64,000 nt of DNA from Octopus sinensis (taxonomy: Eukaryota). The stretch lies in NCBI RefSeq assembly GCF_006345805.1, contig NC_043006.1, forward strand, positions 72,664,001 through 72,728,000, given 5' to 3'. A model generated the notes under the pieces. It made no database searches. It had not been told where the DNA came from and worked only from the letters and a program-made list of their open reading frames with translations. Both the position numbers and the translations under genes were made by a program. This document shows, piece after piece, positions 1-12,665 of the stretch. Position 1 is the first letter of the stretch. The number at the start of each line of letters is the position of its first letter.

Positions 1-2112
1 TATCCTTTATTAGTCTCTTTTACTGAACCACAAAGTTACAAAGGTATAAACACACCAACACCCATTGTCAAGCAGTGGTGGGATAGAAACACAGACATAC
101 ATGTTCATACGCATATGTGCACGCACGCACACACACACATACATGCACACACGCATATGCACACACATGCACACACACATGCATGCATACACACACACCA
201 CACACACCACACACACACACACACACATGATAAGCTTCTTTCAGCTTCGGTCTACCAAATCCACTCACAAGGCTTTGGCCAGCCCAAGGCTATAGCAGAA
301 GATACTTGCTGAAGGGAGTGAACGTAGAACCATATGGTCAGAAAGTAAACTTCTTTGCAAACAGCCACACCCGTGGCTCATGAATATTTTCCTTTTAATG
401 TTGCTTAACCCATTCCAACCCTGATCCATCACTGCTATTATCAAAGGCATTCCAACCTTGACCATCCTGTCATGTTTTTAAAGCTTTCTAGATTTCTAGA
501 ACTGCATTGTCTTTTTTTTTTTACCACTTAGTCAGAGATGCAAGATTAGCATCCATCACTTTTTTTTTCCATGGTCTGTGTGATTTGTGGGAGGGAATGA
601 AGGAGTTATTCTCTGACCAGAAGCCTGACTTAAATACATGCAACAGAGTGAATATTGGTTGACCAATGGCCATGTTCTAATCGTTATAATACATTTAAAT
701 TTTTTTATAACCACACACACACAGTCTCTCTCTAAATTTTTTTATAACCACACACACACAGTCTCTCTCTCTTGTTCTCTTTCCCTGTTCTCACCCTACC
801 CCTCTTTACTTTGTCCTCTCTCTCTCTCTCTCTCTCTCTCCCTTTCTACTCCCTCCACCATCACCCCACTCTTTCCTTCCATTCCCAGCTTACCACTATC
901 TGCTTCCATTCTGACCACTAATATTTCTTTAGTCTACCTGCTTCCATTCTGGCCACTGATATTTCCTTTGTCTTTCAACTTACCTAGCAAGTACATGTAT
1001 CTTTGTCCATTATTTGTTTAAGAACTTCATCCAAGCAATTAAGCATTTATTTCCCTTCTCTGTTTTTGCAATGTATTTGTAGCTCTATTGTTTTGTGTTG
1101 CTTTGTTTATTTTCATTTATTTTTATATTTTTCTTGAACTCTTGAACTCATAAGGCTGATTATCCAGTTTCTATGGCATACAAGTGACTGAGATCACAAT
1201 GTACCCCATGAATGGAATGCTGATCTCCTCTCCTTTAATGAATGAATGAAATTCGAAATTGACCTCAGTGGAATGTGAAAATGGAACATAAAGATTCTGA
1301 AGGAACACCATTAAGCATTTTGTCTGATGAGCTAATGATTCTGCCAGCTCACTACCTTTATTTTCATTATAACCAACTAATTTACATTTTTATCATAAAT
1401 GATATTTTAATTCAATTTTATCATAATTAAACCTATATTTATCTTTTCCTCTGTCCTAAGGTATTAGTCTTAACCATGCATCTTTTCCCATTCTGTGTAT
1501 TTTCACTGTCCTCTTGTCAAGACTCAAATTTATGTTTTACTAGTTCTTTTCATCTCATTACTGTATCTAATGGCTTTTAATGTTCCTTAGATATGCAGTT
1601 CTGTCTGAAGCATTGAAACTGCCAGAATATTTAGTGAAACAGCTGATGATGGTTAATTTCTTTTTTTTTTTGTTTTTTCTCCCCAATTTTATTATCTATG
1701 CCTATTCCTTTCACACACACACAAACTGAAATGAGATTAGAGATATAACTCAGGTGGCCAGCAAATACAGTTATTTAAATTATGTAAATTATCTACACTA
1801 CGAATGTGTTCTACTCTTTTTTGCGTAAGTTTAAATTCCTTGGCTACTGTAGATAAGATCAGAAAATCGTTGTGCTGATGATAGCTCTTGACCCAGGAAC
1901 ATGTATCCACGTCTGTTCTTTTATCTCCAGACAACAAACTTGATCTTTTCCTTTATGACATGTCAACTTTGGAGAATTTTGAAATCATAAGACTATCTCC
2001 CCATCTCAAGTGAAGCAGATTTTAATTCCATTTAGTAATTATGATACATCCTCAAGAGGCACAGGTATTTTTAATAAATTAAGGATTTATGTTGTATGAT
2101 ACTTTTATTTGT

Positions 2113-2140
2113 GTGTATATATATATATAATATATATATA

Positions 2141-2218
<78 letters not shown>
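2113..2218. repeat. (TA)n microsatellite, representative of many (also ~2685, 17478, 47560, 52575, 55190, 55320, 56490)
   Basis: Direct reading. Confidence 0.95.
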
Positions 2219-2219
<1 letters not shown>

Positions 2220-2223
<4 letters not shown>

Positions 2224-2460
2224 GTGAGTCAAAAGTAGTGCTCAATTACTGTTTTGGGGTTGATATGTATGATTTCCTAATTGGGAAATACTTTTGCCTC
2301 CCAATTCTTGTTTAACAGCTATCAGTGTGTTCTTTTGTTTGCTACTTATATAACAATGTGTAAGAAGGTAGAAATAAATAAAATAAATTTAAAAAAACGT
2401 TTTCAAATTAATTCATATATTCAGTTCCCAGAAACTGGGTGCTACTTTTGACTCACCTTG
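2220..2460. mobile_element. Tc1/mariner-type MITE
   Basis: Terminal inverted repeats GGTGAGTCAAAAGTAG ... CTACTTTTGACTCACC, about 240 bp apart, in a TA-rich context. Confidence 0.75.
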
Positions 2461-2680
2461 TTTATACACACACACACACACACATACACATTATTCTTAT
2501 ACAAGAATGTTATTGGCACTGACTTTGAAGATTTGGCCAGCTAAGACATCATCGAACTGCATTACTATTCTTAAACATTCTTTTTTAAGAATAATGAAGT
2601 TGTACTCTACAAAAATATAGAGTAACCAGTTAGATTAATGTAAAATTGTTTTTATTATAACTAAACATTAAAAGAAACAT

Positions 2681-2721
<41 letters not shown>

Positions 2722-4603
2722 CACTACACTCACGGAGTGGTTGGCATTAGGAAGGACATCCAGCTGTAGAAACACTGCTAGATCAGACTGGAGCCTGGTG
2801 CAGCCTCCTGGCTTCCCAGACCCCGGTCGAACCATCCAACCCATGCTAGCATGGAAAACAGATGTTAAACGATGATGATGATGATGATGATATATATATA
2901 TTTATATGCATAAATATATATATATATATATACACATACACATGCGTGCACACACACACACACACACACATTATATATATGTACATACACGACAAGCTCC
3001 TGACAGTTTCCATCTACCAAACTTCACTGACAATGCCTTGGTCAACACAAAACTATGTGCAACACATTGAGATTGTGCTTGAAACCATGTGGTTTCAAAG
3101 TAACCTTCTTAACCACACAACCCCTCTTCTTTGAAAACCAGCCTTACATCTTGTCAAAAGAAATCAATATATTAGAAGCTATATTTTCAAGTTGTACTTT
3201 GAAATTATATTTCAAAAATTATACTTTCAAATTATGTTTTCAAAAAATGGATGTCTAGAATAATTTATAACTAAATTTATTGAAAAATTACAAAAACAAA
3301 AGCTAGCCAAAAATGAAATATAATCTTGAATATAATAGCTAATTTTCTTCATTGATTAATTACATTAATTTCATTGATAAAGTTGCCATTTTACAAAATG
3401 TTAAAAAAAAGAAATATTAAATAGAAAAATTAAATTTTAAAAAATTTATTGAAACATTATATCAATAAAAGTCACTCCCAAATAATATGTTAGTGTATGA
3501 TTAAATCAATGTGAAAAATTACTTCAAAATACTGTGAGTAATTGCTTTGCTTTTAATAATTCAAATTGATATCCATTTATACAAAGAAACTAACAAAACA
3601 CCATAGAAATATCTTATTGTGAAGTATTTTATGTGCAGCAGAGTTCTTAAGATGGTATGGTTAAAACATTAATTTCTCATAATGAAAAGGGAACAGCTGG
3701 AAATGAAGGTTTGCACAAATAAAAAATAGAAATTGTTGATTGAAAAAAAATAGACCCTTGATAATGGGTCTATTATTACATCTGTAAAGAAAAAAAAGTA
3801 ATTTTGAATATATTTCGTTGAACATTTTTGACATTTTAAATGTTGTGCTAAATCATATTTCTGAGAAAGGTTTAATTAATGCTATTAGTTGCATAAGGAC
3901 ATTTTCCTTTTCAAGGATGAAATGTGAGACACGTAATTGATATTTTCTTTCTCAAAAATATCAAACCATATTTTAAACAAAATAACAATTATAACAGTAA
4001 TGGTTTCAAATTTTGGCACAAGGCCAGGAATTTATAAGGAGGAAGCATGTCGATTAGGTTGACTCCAATACTTAACTGGTACCTACTTCATTGATCCCAA
4101 AAGAATGAAAGGAAAAGACAACCTCTGCAGAATTTGAGCCCAGAATGTAAAGAGTCAGAAATGCCACCAGGCCATTTTTCGACACTCTAATGATTCTAGC
4201 TTACTGCCCTTACATCAAATTTTGGGCACAAGGCTAGCAATTTTGGAGGGAAGGTTATAATCAATTGCACTGATCCCAATAGTTCACTGGTACTTATTCT
4301 ATTGGTTCCAAAAAGATTAAGGCAATGTTTACCTTGACAGGATTTGAACTCAGAACATAAATAGTTAGAAGAAATTCAACATGAATTCTAAATTAAGCAC
4401 AACACCAGCAATTTTGAAGGGATAATTTGATAATTTTGAAGGGATAATTTGATACCATTGACCCCAGTACTTGATTAGTACTTTATTTTGTTGACCAATG
4501 AGGGATGAAAAGCAAAGTTAACCTTGATGGTATTTGAACTCAGAACATAAAGAGTTGGAACAAAAGCTGCAAAGCACACTTTTTTCCATTGCTCTAATGA
4601 TCT

Positions 4604-4965
4604 TTACCTCCACCTTAGCGAAAGCAGAGGTATTGTTTTCAGTCATGTTTGCTTGTTTGTTTGTCCATGGACAAGATATCTCAAGAACTGCAGGATGGAT
4701 TCAAATGAAACTTTAAGGGAAGTTTGGCCTCATGATTGGCATGAACTGATTAGATTTTGGGAATAGACAAGGGTTCTGGATTATTTTTCTGGGTTTTTTA
4801 CTTAATTTTTGAGAGCGGTCAGGTTCATTTTTAGTATTTTCGTTTGTGAAAGCAGTTGAGTTTATTTCAGATATTCTCATTTTAAAAATTATCTCCAGCT
4901 AATCGTTGAGAGGACATTGGTGTTGCCTTGGCAGAGGTTTGTGCTCTCTGAGTGCTCTTGTTTAA
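4604..4965 (+). mobile_element. Non-autonomous Helentron/HINE-like element
   Basis: 5' TTACCTCCACC...GCAGAGGT stem, 3' TGGCAGAGGT sub-terminal inverted repeat followed by a GTGCTCT..GAGTGC hairpin and a T-rich end. Confidence 0.55.
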
Positions 4966-6774
4966 TACTGTTTTAATATTGTTTTAAATTTATCGGGTGG
5001 CAAGCTAGGAGAATTGTTACCATACCAGAGAAAATGCTTATCAGTATTTTATCCGTCTTTATGTTCTGAGTGCAAATTCCACCCAAGTCAATTTTTGCCT
5101 TTCATCCTTTCAGGCTCAATGAAATAAGTACCAGTTGAGTACTGAGGTCAATATAATCAACTTACCCCCTACCCCAAAACTGATGGTCTTGTGCCAAAAT
5201 TTGAAACCGATATTGTTTCAAATTTAGGCACAAAGCCAGCTAAATTTGGGTAAGGAGTTAGTTGATTAAATAAACATCAGTACTTGACTAGTTTTTTTAA
5301 TTTAATTGGCTCAGGAGGAATGAAAGGTAATGTCTACCTTGGTGCAATTTGAATTCAAAATGTAAAAAGCCAGCAGTAGTGATGGTGGTACCAGTGTTGG
5401 TGGTGATGAGGATGGTGACAACGATGATGATGATGGTGGTGGTGGAGGTAGTGGTAGTTTTATATCAACATTTTGAAACTGTGGCCTTGACAAGCCACAA
5501 TTACTGGAAGTGGTTTACAGGAGGTAGTTCACAGTATATTTATAGATAGCATATTAGATGTTTCATCATCATTGCCATCACTAACATCCTTATCACCACT
5601 ACTTTCCAGGCTAATATAGGATGGACATGTTGCCATGGTCTCAGAGTCAGTGCTTCATCAATTATTGCCCTCTTAGATGAGTTGGAAGATACATTTTATC
5701 TGTATGTTCCATTTTCCATTTTTTGGCATGGTTTCTAGTATTGGGTACCCTTCCTAATTTCAACTACTTTACAAAGTGTACTAGGTGTATTTTATCATGG
5801 CATCAGCCCTAAAAAGGTTTTCATGTTCTCAGCAAGACTAAAGGGATTTTTCTACTTTATGTCATCTCTGCTCATTCATCAACCACTTCAAAAAGTTTCT
5901 TGGATGCATTTTACTGTGGCACCAACACCAGTGGTGTTGCCTTGTGCCTCACAAAACTAAAGAATCCTCACTAGTCAACAGTGTCACTGTTCATTCAAGG
6001 TACCATGACCAAGAGAGTAAATAAAAGAGTGGGCAAAGACAGAAGATGAACTATAGCGAGAGGGTAAAAGAGAAAAGGGGGAATATGATGGGAGAAACAG
6101 TGTGATTGAGTGAGAGGATGGTAAGAGAGTGAGTTATGGAAGAGTCAGTGCTGGAAGGAGTAATGGATGAGAGACAGTGATGACAGAGAATAATGGGTTG
6201 AGAAACAGTGGTGTCAGCTATGTGTTTGCTGATAATAAACAGTAAGAGCAAGTTGTAATGGATAAATATAGAGTAATGAATAAATAGAGCTGGTCGATGG
6301 TAAGAGAAAAAAATGAATATCAATAACAAGTAACCTAGAGGAAAGGAAATGATAGCTAATAATACAGATGATGTTTGCTGGTTAGAGAGAAAGAGAGAGA
6401 GGGGGAGGATGAATAGTTATAGAGATGGGTGATGGTAAGAGAGGGTAATAGATGTCAATAACAAGTGACCTGGGAGATGGGGAGCATGATGGCTAGCAGT
6501 ACAGAGCGACAATGGTTGGGGGTGTATCAGAAATAAATGGAACTGACAGCTCATATATTTTCAACAGCTGCTAAGCATTCAATGTTTATATATATATATC
6601 AACTTTAAGAGATGTTTTAGTCAGTTAATTTTCTGTAATGTCTTACTCTAACTGTGGTTTGTAATAAATTATTTTGCAGTGTTTAATTTACTAGTCTCAT
6701 TTAACATCTGTTTGTGTTACTGTAATTATTATTGTTGTTGCTATTATTATTATTATTATTATATTATTATTATT

Positions 6775-7493
6775 GAGGTGGCAAGCTGGCAGAATCGTTA
6801 GCATGCTGGGCAAAATGCTCAGCAGCATTTTATCTGTCTCTGTCTTCTGAGTTCAAATTCCGCCAAGGTCAACTTTGCCTTTCATCTTTTCGGGGTGGAT
6901 AAAATAAATACCAGTTGAGCACTGGGGTTGATGTAATCAATTACTTATACTCTCCCTCAAAACTGTTCACTTTGAGCCAAAATTTGAAACCATTATTATT
7001 ATGATTATTATCATTATCATCATCATCATTATTATTCGTAGAATTGCTAGCACGCCAGGCAAAACACTTAGCAGCATTTTGTCTGTCTTTATGCTAAGTT
7101 CAAATTCTACCGAGGTTGACTTTACCTTTCATCCTTTCGGGATGGATAAAATAAGTACCAGTCAAGCACTGGGATCGATGTAATTGACTAGCCCCACCCC
7201 GCTTCCCAAAATTCCAGGCCTTGTGCCTATAGAAAAAAGGATTGTTATTATTATTATCATTATTATTATTTTTACCATATTCTTTCAATTCTGTTTCTAT
7301 TTCTTGCCTTGTGTCTTCCTAACATCTAGTGCAGAGAAATTCACTGTATGCATTTGTAGGCCATTAAAATAATCACACCAGATTGTTCATTGGCAAAGTC
7401 TTGTGAGAAAAAAGGGAAGAAAGACAAAGCGAAAAAGGGAAAAAGTGAAAAAAAAAGTAAATAAAGAAAATAAGGGGAAAAAGAAAAGGAAAA

Positions 7494-7534
<41 letters not shown>

Positions 7535-8254
7535 GAGGTGGCAAGCTGGCAGAATCGTTAGCATGCTGGGCAAAATGCTCAGCAGCATTTTATCTGTCTC
7601 TGTCTTCTGAGTTCAAATTCCGCCAAGGTCAACTTTGCCTTTCATCTTTTCGGGGTGGATAAAATAAATACCAGTTGAGCACTGGGGTTGATGTAATCAA
7701 TTACTTATACTCTCCCTCAAAACTGTTCACTTTGAGCCAAAATTTGAAACCATTATTATTATGATTATTATCATTATCATCATCATCATTATTATTCGTA
7801 GAATGCTAGCACGCCAGGCAAAACACTTAGCAGCATTTTGTCTGTCTTTATGCTAAGTTCAAATTCTACCGAGGTTGACTTTACCTTTCATCCTTTCGGG
7901 ATGGATAAAATAAGTACCAGTCAAGCACTGGGATCGATGTAATTGACTAGCCCCACCCCGCTTCCCAAAATTCCAGGCCTTGTGCCTATAGAAAAAAGGA
8001 TTGTTATTATTATTATCATTATTATTATTTTTACCATATTCTTTCAATTCTGTTTCTATTTCTTGCCTTGTGTCTTCCTAACATCTAGTGCAGAGAAATT
8101 CACTGTATGCATTTGTAGGCCATTAAAATAATCACACCAGATTGTTCATTGGCAAAGTCTTGTGAGAAAAAAGGGAAGAAAGACAAAGCGAAAAAGGGAA
8201 AAAGTGAAAAAAAAAGTAAATAAAGAAAATAAGGGGAAAAAGAAAAGGAAAATC

Positions 8255-8280
<26 letters not shown>
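6775..8280 (+). repeat. Direct tandem duplication of a ~760-bp unit (two SINEs plus an A-rich spacer) bounded by (ATT)n tracts
   Basis: 6775-7534 and 7535-~8280 are near-identical; identical ORFs are offset by 759 bp; one 1-bp indel (agaattgctagc vs agaatgctagc). Confidence 0.93.
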
Positions 8281-8289
<9 letters not shown>

Positions 8290-9059
8290 TATTATTATCC
8301 TATCAGCTCACACACTCTCAACAGCTGTTTTTAAGTGATTCATTTCAATCAACTTGAACATCTTACTGAGGCTCAATGATTGTAAAGATGAGGTGCTGGA
8401 TTACAAACCATATGGTTATTGCTTTTTCTCTAAACATTATGTTATTACACTAACTAAAGAACAAAGAATCAAATACACATTCATGAATTCACTTCCTAGA
8501 TTCTTCATTTAAGCATGTAGTTATTTCACCATCTCATATTCAAGATCCCTTTCTATGGTTATTTTTACACTGGTGCCAGCATGGTAGTATGGTAAAAATA
8601 GATGCAGGCATAGCTGTGAAATTAAGAAGCTTCCTTAGCTACCACATGGTTTTGGGTTCAATCCCACTGTGAAGCACCTTGGTGCAGGTGTCTCCTACTA
8701 TAACTCCATGCTGATAACTGCTTTGTGAGTGAGTTTGGTTGATGGAAACTGAAAGAAGCCCGTTGTTTATATATTTGTATATATAGGTTTTAATATTTTG
8801 CTTAGGCACTGTAATACTAATAGCCGGTGTAGGACTCAATATACACTGCTTCAGAATGAAGCATTAGTTATGTACAGAGTGGAATATTTGCACTTCACAA
8901 TTGAGGCACTGATAAAGCTATACAGTTACTCAGGTTACTGATAATTACTCAGAGTAACTATAAGTCCACTGCATTTTTCAGCAGAAACAGCTGTAAGCCA
9001 TTGAAGTCAATAAGATAATTGTTTATTTCTTTGTCATCTAATTTTTGTATATGCATATA

Positions 9060-9275
9060 TATCATCATCATCGTTTAACGTCCACTTTCCATGTTGGCAT
9101 GGGTTGGATGGTTTGACTGAGGACTGGCAAGTCAGGAGGCTGCTCCAGGCTCCAATCTGATCTGGCAAGGTTTCTACAGCTGGATGCTCTTCCTAACGCC
9201 AACCATTCCAAGAGTGCAGTGGGTGCTTTTTTATGTGCCACCAGCATGGGAGCCAGTCAGGCGGCACTGGCATAT
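9060..9275 (-). mobile_element. SINE with an RTE-like 3' tail ending in (GAT)n
   Basis: The CATCATCATCGTTTAACGTCC..TTTCCATGCTGGCATGGGTTGGA block recurs at ~2722-2885, 10075-10230, 20335-20570, 28735-28900, 33100-33490, 34440-34655, 36220-36420, 46100-46380. Confidence 0.75.
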
Positions 9276-9307
9276 GTGTATGTGTGTGTATATATATATA
9301 TATATGT

Positions 9308-9389
9308 GTGTATATAGATAGATAGATAGATAGATAGATACATACATACATAGAAAGATAGATAGATAGATAGACAGACGGACAGGCAG

Positions 9390-9462
<73 letters not shown>
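9308..9462 (+). repeat. (GATA)n tetranucleotide microsatellite
   Basis: Direct reading. Confidence 0.95.
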
Positions 9463-11247
9463 GTGGCGTCACTCAGTGGGATCAAACCCTGAGCCACATT
9501 GTTGTAAAAGGAAACATTTTAATCACTCAGCCATATCTCCATTCAGTTTTTGCAACTCCTTGTGAATCAAGGATATGTTTGAACCTTGCTTACTCACCAT
9601 GAGGCATCTCATTGACTGATTTCTTATCTTCTCCAGGTCTGTTGTGGGACTTGATCTCACCATTGCAAACTGACATAAGCTTTTATGACCTACTAAAAAT
9701 AGTAATGTAATCTCTCTCATATCATACAACCCTATTTTAAAAATATGTAATACATATTGGACAGTGTAGCCCTGTGTGTGTGTGTGTGTGCATGTGCATA
9801 TATGTATATATAAATACATATATATGTGTGTGTGTGTGTTTACGAATATATATTCATATACACACATATATATATATGTGTATATTTGTATGTAGGGTGT
9901 AGGAGTGGCTGTGTGGTAAGAAGCTTGCTTCCCAGCTGCATGGTTCTGAATTCACTCCCACTGTGTGGCACCTTGTGCAAGTGTGTTCTATAGCCTCAGG
10001 CTGACCAAAGCCCTGTGAGTGGAGTTGGTAGATGGAAACTGAAAGAGAGCCATCATACACACACACACACATCCATCATCATCATCATCATCATCATTTT
10101 TATATCCATTTTTCATGCTGGCATGGGTTGGATGGGTGGACAGGCCCAGTAAGTGGCAGAGCTGCTTCCGGCCCTAATGTTAGTTTCAGCATGGTTTCAA
10201 CAGCTGGATGCACTTTCTAATGCCAACTTCTTTAGAATCTGTACTGGGTTCTTTCTTCCTGACTGTAGTACTCGTGAGGTCACCAAGTAACTTGCAACAC
10301 AGAGTAAAGAAAAAAAAAAGGGAAAATGTCTTTGACTGAGTGGGAGTGTATTTAGGAGAAGGATGGGTAGCTTTATGCCATCTGTTGAAAATGCTACTAT
10401 GCATCTGCTTGAATTTGCAAGAAGTCTTAGACTGAATTAAGTCAAATTAAAATTAAATGTTTTTAGCAGAGACATAACATAATACCAGAATTTGAAATGT
10501 ATATTTATCAGCCAGTAAGTTATTATTATCTTCATACACCTCAGCCAATTCTAAGTGTTATATCATGTTGAAAACAAAATAAATTTGATTCTCTATCTCA
10601 TGGGAGAGTTAAGTAAGTTATCTGTTTGTTTGTGTTTTTAAGTTTGGGCTATAGATAACTAGATCGTTTTTACATCAAAACCAGTTCAGTTTTCAGCTGT
10701 GGAGCTATAGCTGTAATCACTTGATATGACAGACATAGTTTGTTCAACAGGATAACTAGCATTCTGTTTACAAATATAGAAATATCTAGCATTTTTTTCT
10801 ATCTACCATTCAGCTATGAGTTAGCACTGAAAAACATACAAGCTTAATTTGTTCCTCACAATAATATTGAATTTCTTTTCTATTGGTAGAATTGGTTCAG
10901 TATCAGACAAAAATCTTAATGTTTGGTTGCAAGTATTTATGTTCTGGTTTCAAATCCTTCTGAGATCTAACTGTACATTTCACCTTGGAGTTGCATAGGC
11001 GAGTTAATGAAATAAGTATTAATCAAGTATTGATTTGATATAATAAACTGACCCTTATGAGCTTACTGTATGTGATGACATTCAACTTCATGCTAAAAAT
11101 TAAATTATTGTGATAACTAAGATTGCCATTTTATGAAATTTTAATATTTCTTACAAAAAAAAAATTGGTGAGAAAAACACAGGAACACAGTTAATAGGCT
11201 TCATATAATTTCCATGAAACTTCTTGTTGATATAATTTAAAATACCA

Positions 11248-11662
11248 GGTGTAGGAGTGGCTGTGTGATAAGTAGCTTGCTTACGAACCACATGGTTCCG
11301 GGTTCAGTCCCACTACGTGGCCCCTTAGGCAAGTGTCTTCTACTATAACCTCAGGCCGACCAAAGCCTTGTGAGTGGATTTCGTAGACGGAAACTGAAAG
11401 AAGCCTGTCGTATACATGTATGTATATGTGTGTGTGTGTGTGTATGTTTGTGTGTCTGTGTTTGACCCCTTCCCAACATCGCTTGACAACTGATGCTGGT
11501 GTGTTTACGTCCCCATAACTTAGCAGTTCGGCAAAAGAGACCAATAGAATATGCACTAGGCTTACAAAGAATAAGTCCTGGGGTCGATTTGCTCAATCAA
11601 CTAAAGGCGGTGCTCCAGCATGGCCACAGTCAAATGACTGAAACAAGTAAAAGAGTAAAGAG
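11248..11662 (+). mobile_element. tRNA-derived SINE, family 'GGAGTGGCTGTGTGGTAAG...GGAAACTGAAAGAAGC', best-preserved long copy
   Basis: A/B-box-like head (GGTTCAGTCCC) and an internal (TG)n. Related copies at ~1-372(-), 2990-3125(-), 8605-8765(+), 9893-10050(+), 12680-13035(-), 35745-36100(+), 56100-56280(-), 60210-60555(-). Confidence 0.8.
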
Positions 11663-12289
11663 TACCTATTTCCTGTTTTTTTTTTGTTTTTTTTCTATTT
11701 TTATTCACTCCTCTCTCTCTCTTCAAAACAAAAATGTGTTCAGTATTTGAATGCTGCTCACACATCTGTGATGGCATAACTACCAAATGTACAAATAACT
11801 ACATACACATTTCAACTTTTGGCCCATAGGCATGCTGACTCCTCTCTTTGCCTTTTCTATCACTACTACTACTATAATGGCCTCTGTTCCTCAGATCTGG
11901 CTATGTTGATGCCACCTTCCTAGCTTGCTTGTCTCTACTAATATCCTTATCTTTTTTTTTTGTTTCCAATTCCCTCTCACTCCCCCACCCATTCATCAAT
12001 ATTCCAAATCCTTCTTTCTCAGAAAGTAAATCTTTTAAAATTCCCTCCCTGCTCATCTCTTTCCTACTGGTGTTGACTGGCAAAGATTCTATATGAACAT
12101 TAATGGCATCAACCTCACTGGTCTAGAAGTATCTACAAAAGCTATGAGCGCTGCCCATTCCTCTTGACCCATTAAGTGAATAAAAAAAATACAACATATA
12201 ATAGCCCCTATTGCACCAATATATACTTCAATCTCCCTTACAGCATAGTGACTGATGGAAAGGTGGCAATATATTAGTGTTACTATGAT

Positions 12290-12430
12290 GGTCTAACTTT
12301 TTTTTAATGAAGAAATTCCCTACCAGAACTCTCTTTATTGTCAACAGAAGACATAGCTTCCTGAGTTTTTTCCACCTTGTTTTCACTATACTAACTATGC
12401 TTTCAGAACACTCTCTATCACAGTTGATTA
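12290..12430 (-). mobile_element. RTE-clade LINE reverse transcriptase remnant
   Basis: Translation CSESIVSIVKTRWKKLRKLCLLLT resembles the RTE RT C-terminal GCSESIVARIRIGWRKFRELLPLL segment; degraded. Confidence 0.55.
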
Positions 12431-12451
12431 GGTTATATTTATCTGTTATAA

Positions 12452-12665
12452 GGCAGTGAGCTGGCAGAATCATTAACATGCCAGACAAAATGCTTAGCAG
12501 CATTTCGTCTGTCTTTATGTTCTGAGTTCAAATCCCACCAAGGTCATCTTTTCCTTTAATCCTTTTTGGGGTCGATAAATTAAGTACTAGTTGAACACTG
12601 AGGTTAATGTAATTAACTTTAACCCCTCCCTGAAATTGGTGGCCTTGTGCCAAAATTTGAAACCT
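12452..12665 (+). mobile_element. tRNA-head SINE with a Nin/Deu-like core (GCCTTTCATCCTTTCGGGGTCGATAAAATAAGTACC consensus)
   Basis: More than 12 copies in the window, e.g. 5000-5215, 6775-6995, 7040-7235, 14960-15080, 15575-15785, 25080-25245, 41612-41780, 61465-61620 (+) and 4003-4560, 19222-19420 (-). Domain name from recall. Confidence 0.75.

Noticed and set aside
10-312. Overlapping CV/HT-rich ORFs (similar ones at 9231-9497, 47524-47792, 54016-54465, 56154-56738)
   Set aside because: (CA)n, (GATA)n and (TA)n microsatellite artefacts inside SINEs
696-770. Short local duplications (36-bp unit here; 23-bp at ~4410-4455; ~120-bp at ~47570-47760)
   Set aside because: Ordinary replication slippage next to microsatellites
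1771-1990. Plus-strand pieces LFKLCKLSTLRMCSTLFC / TTNLIFSFMTCQLWRILKS* faintly resembling ALG10
   Set aside because: The similarity is marginal, the first acceptor is poor and the frame stops early
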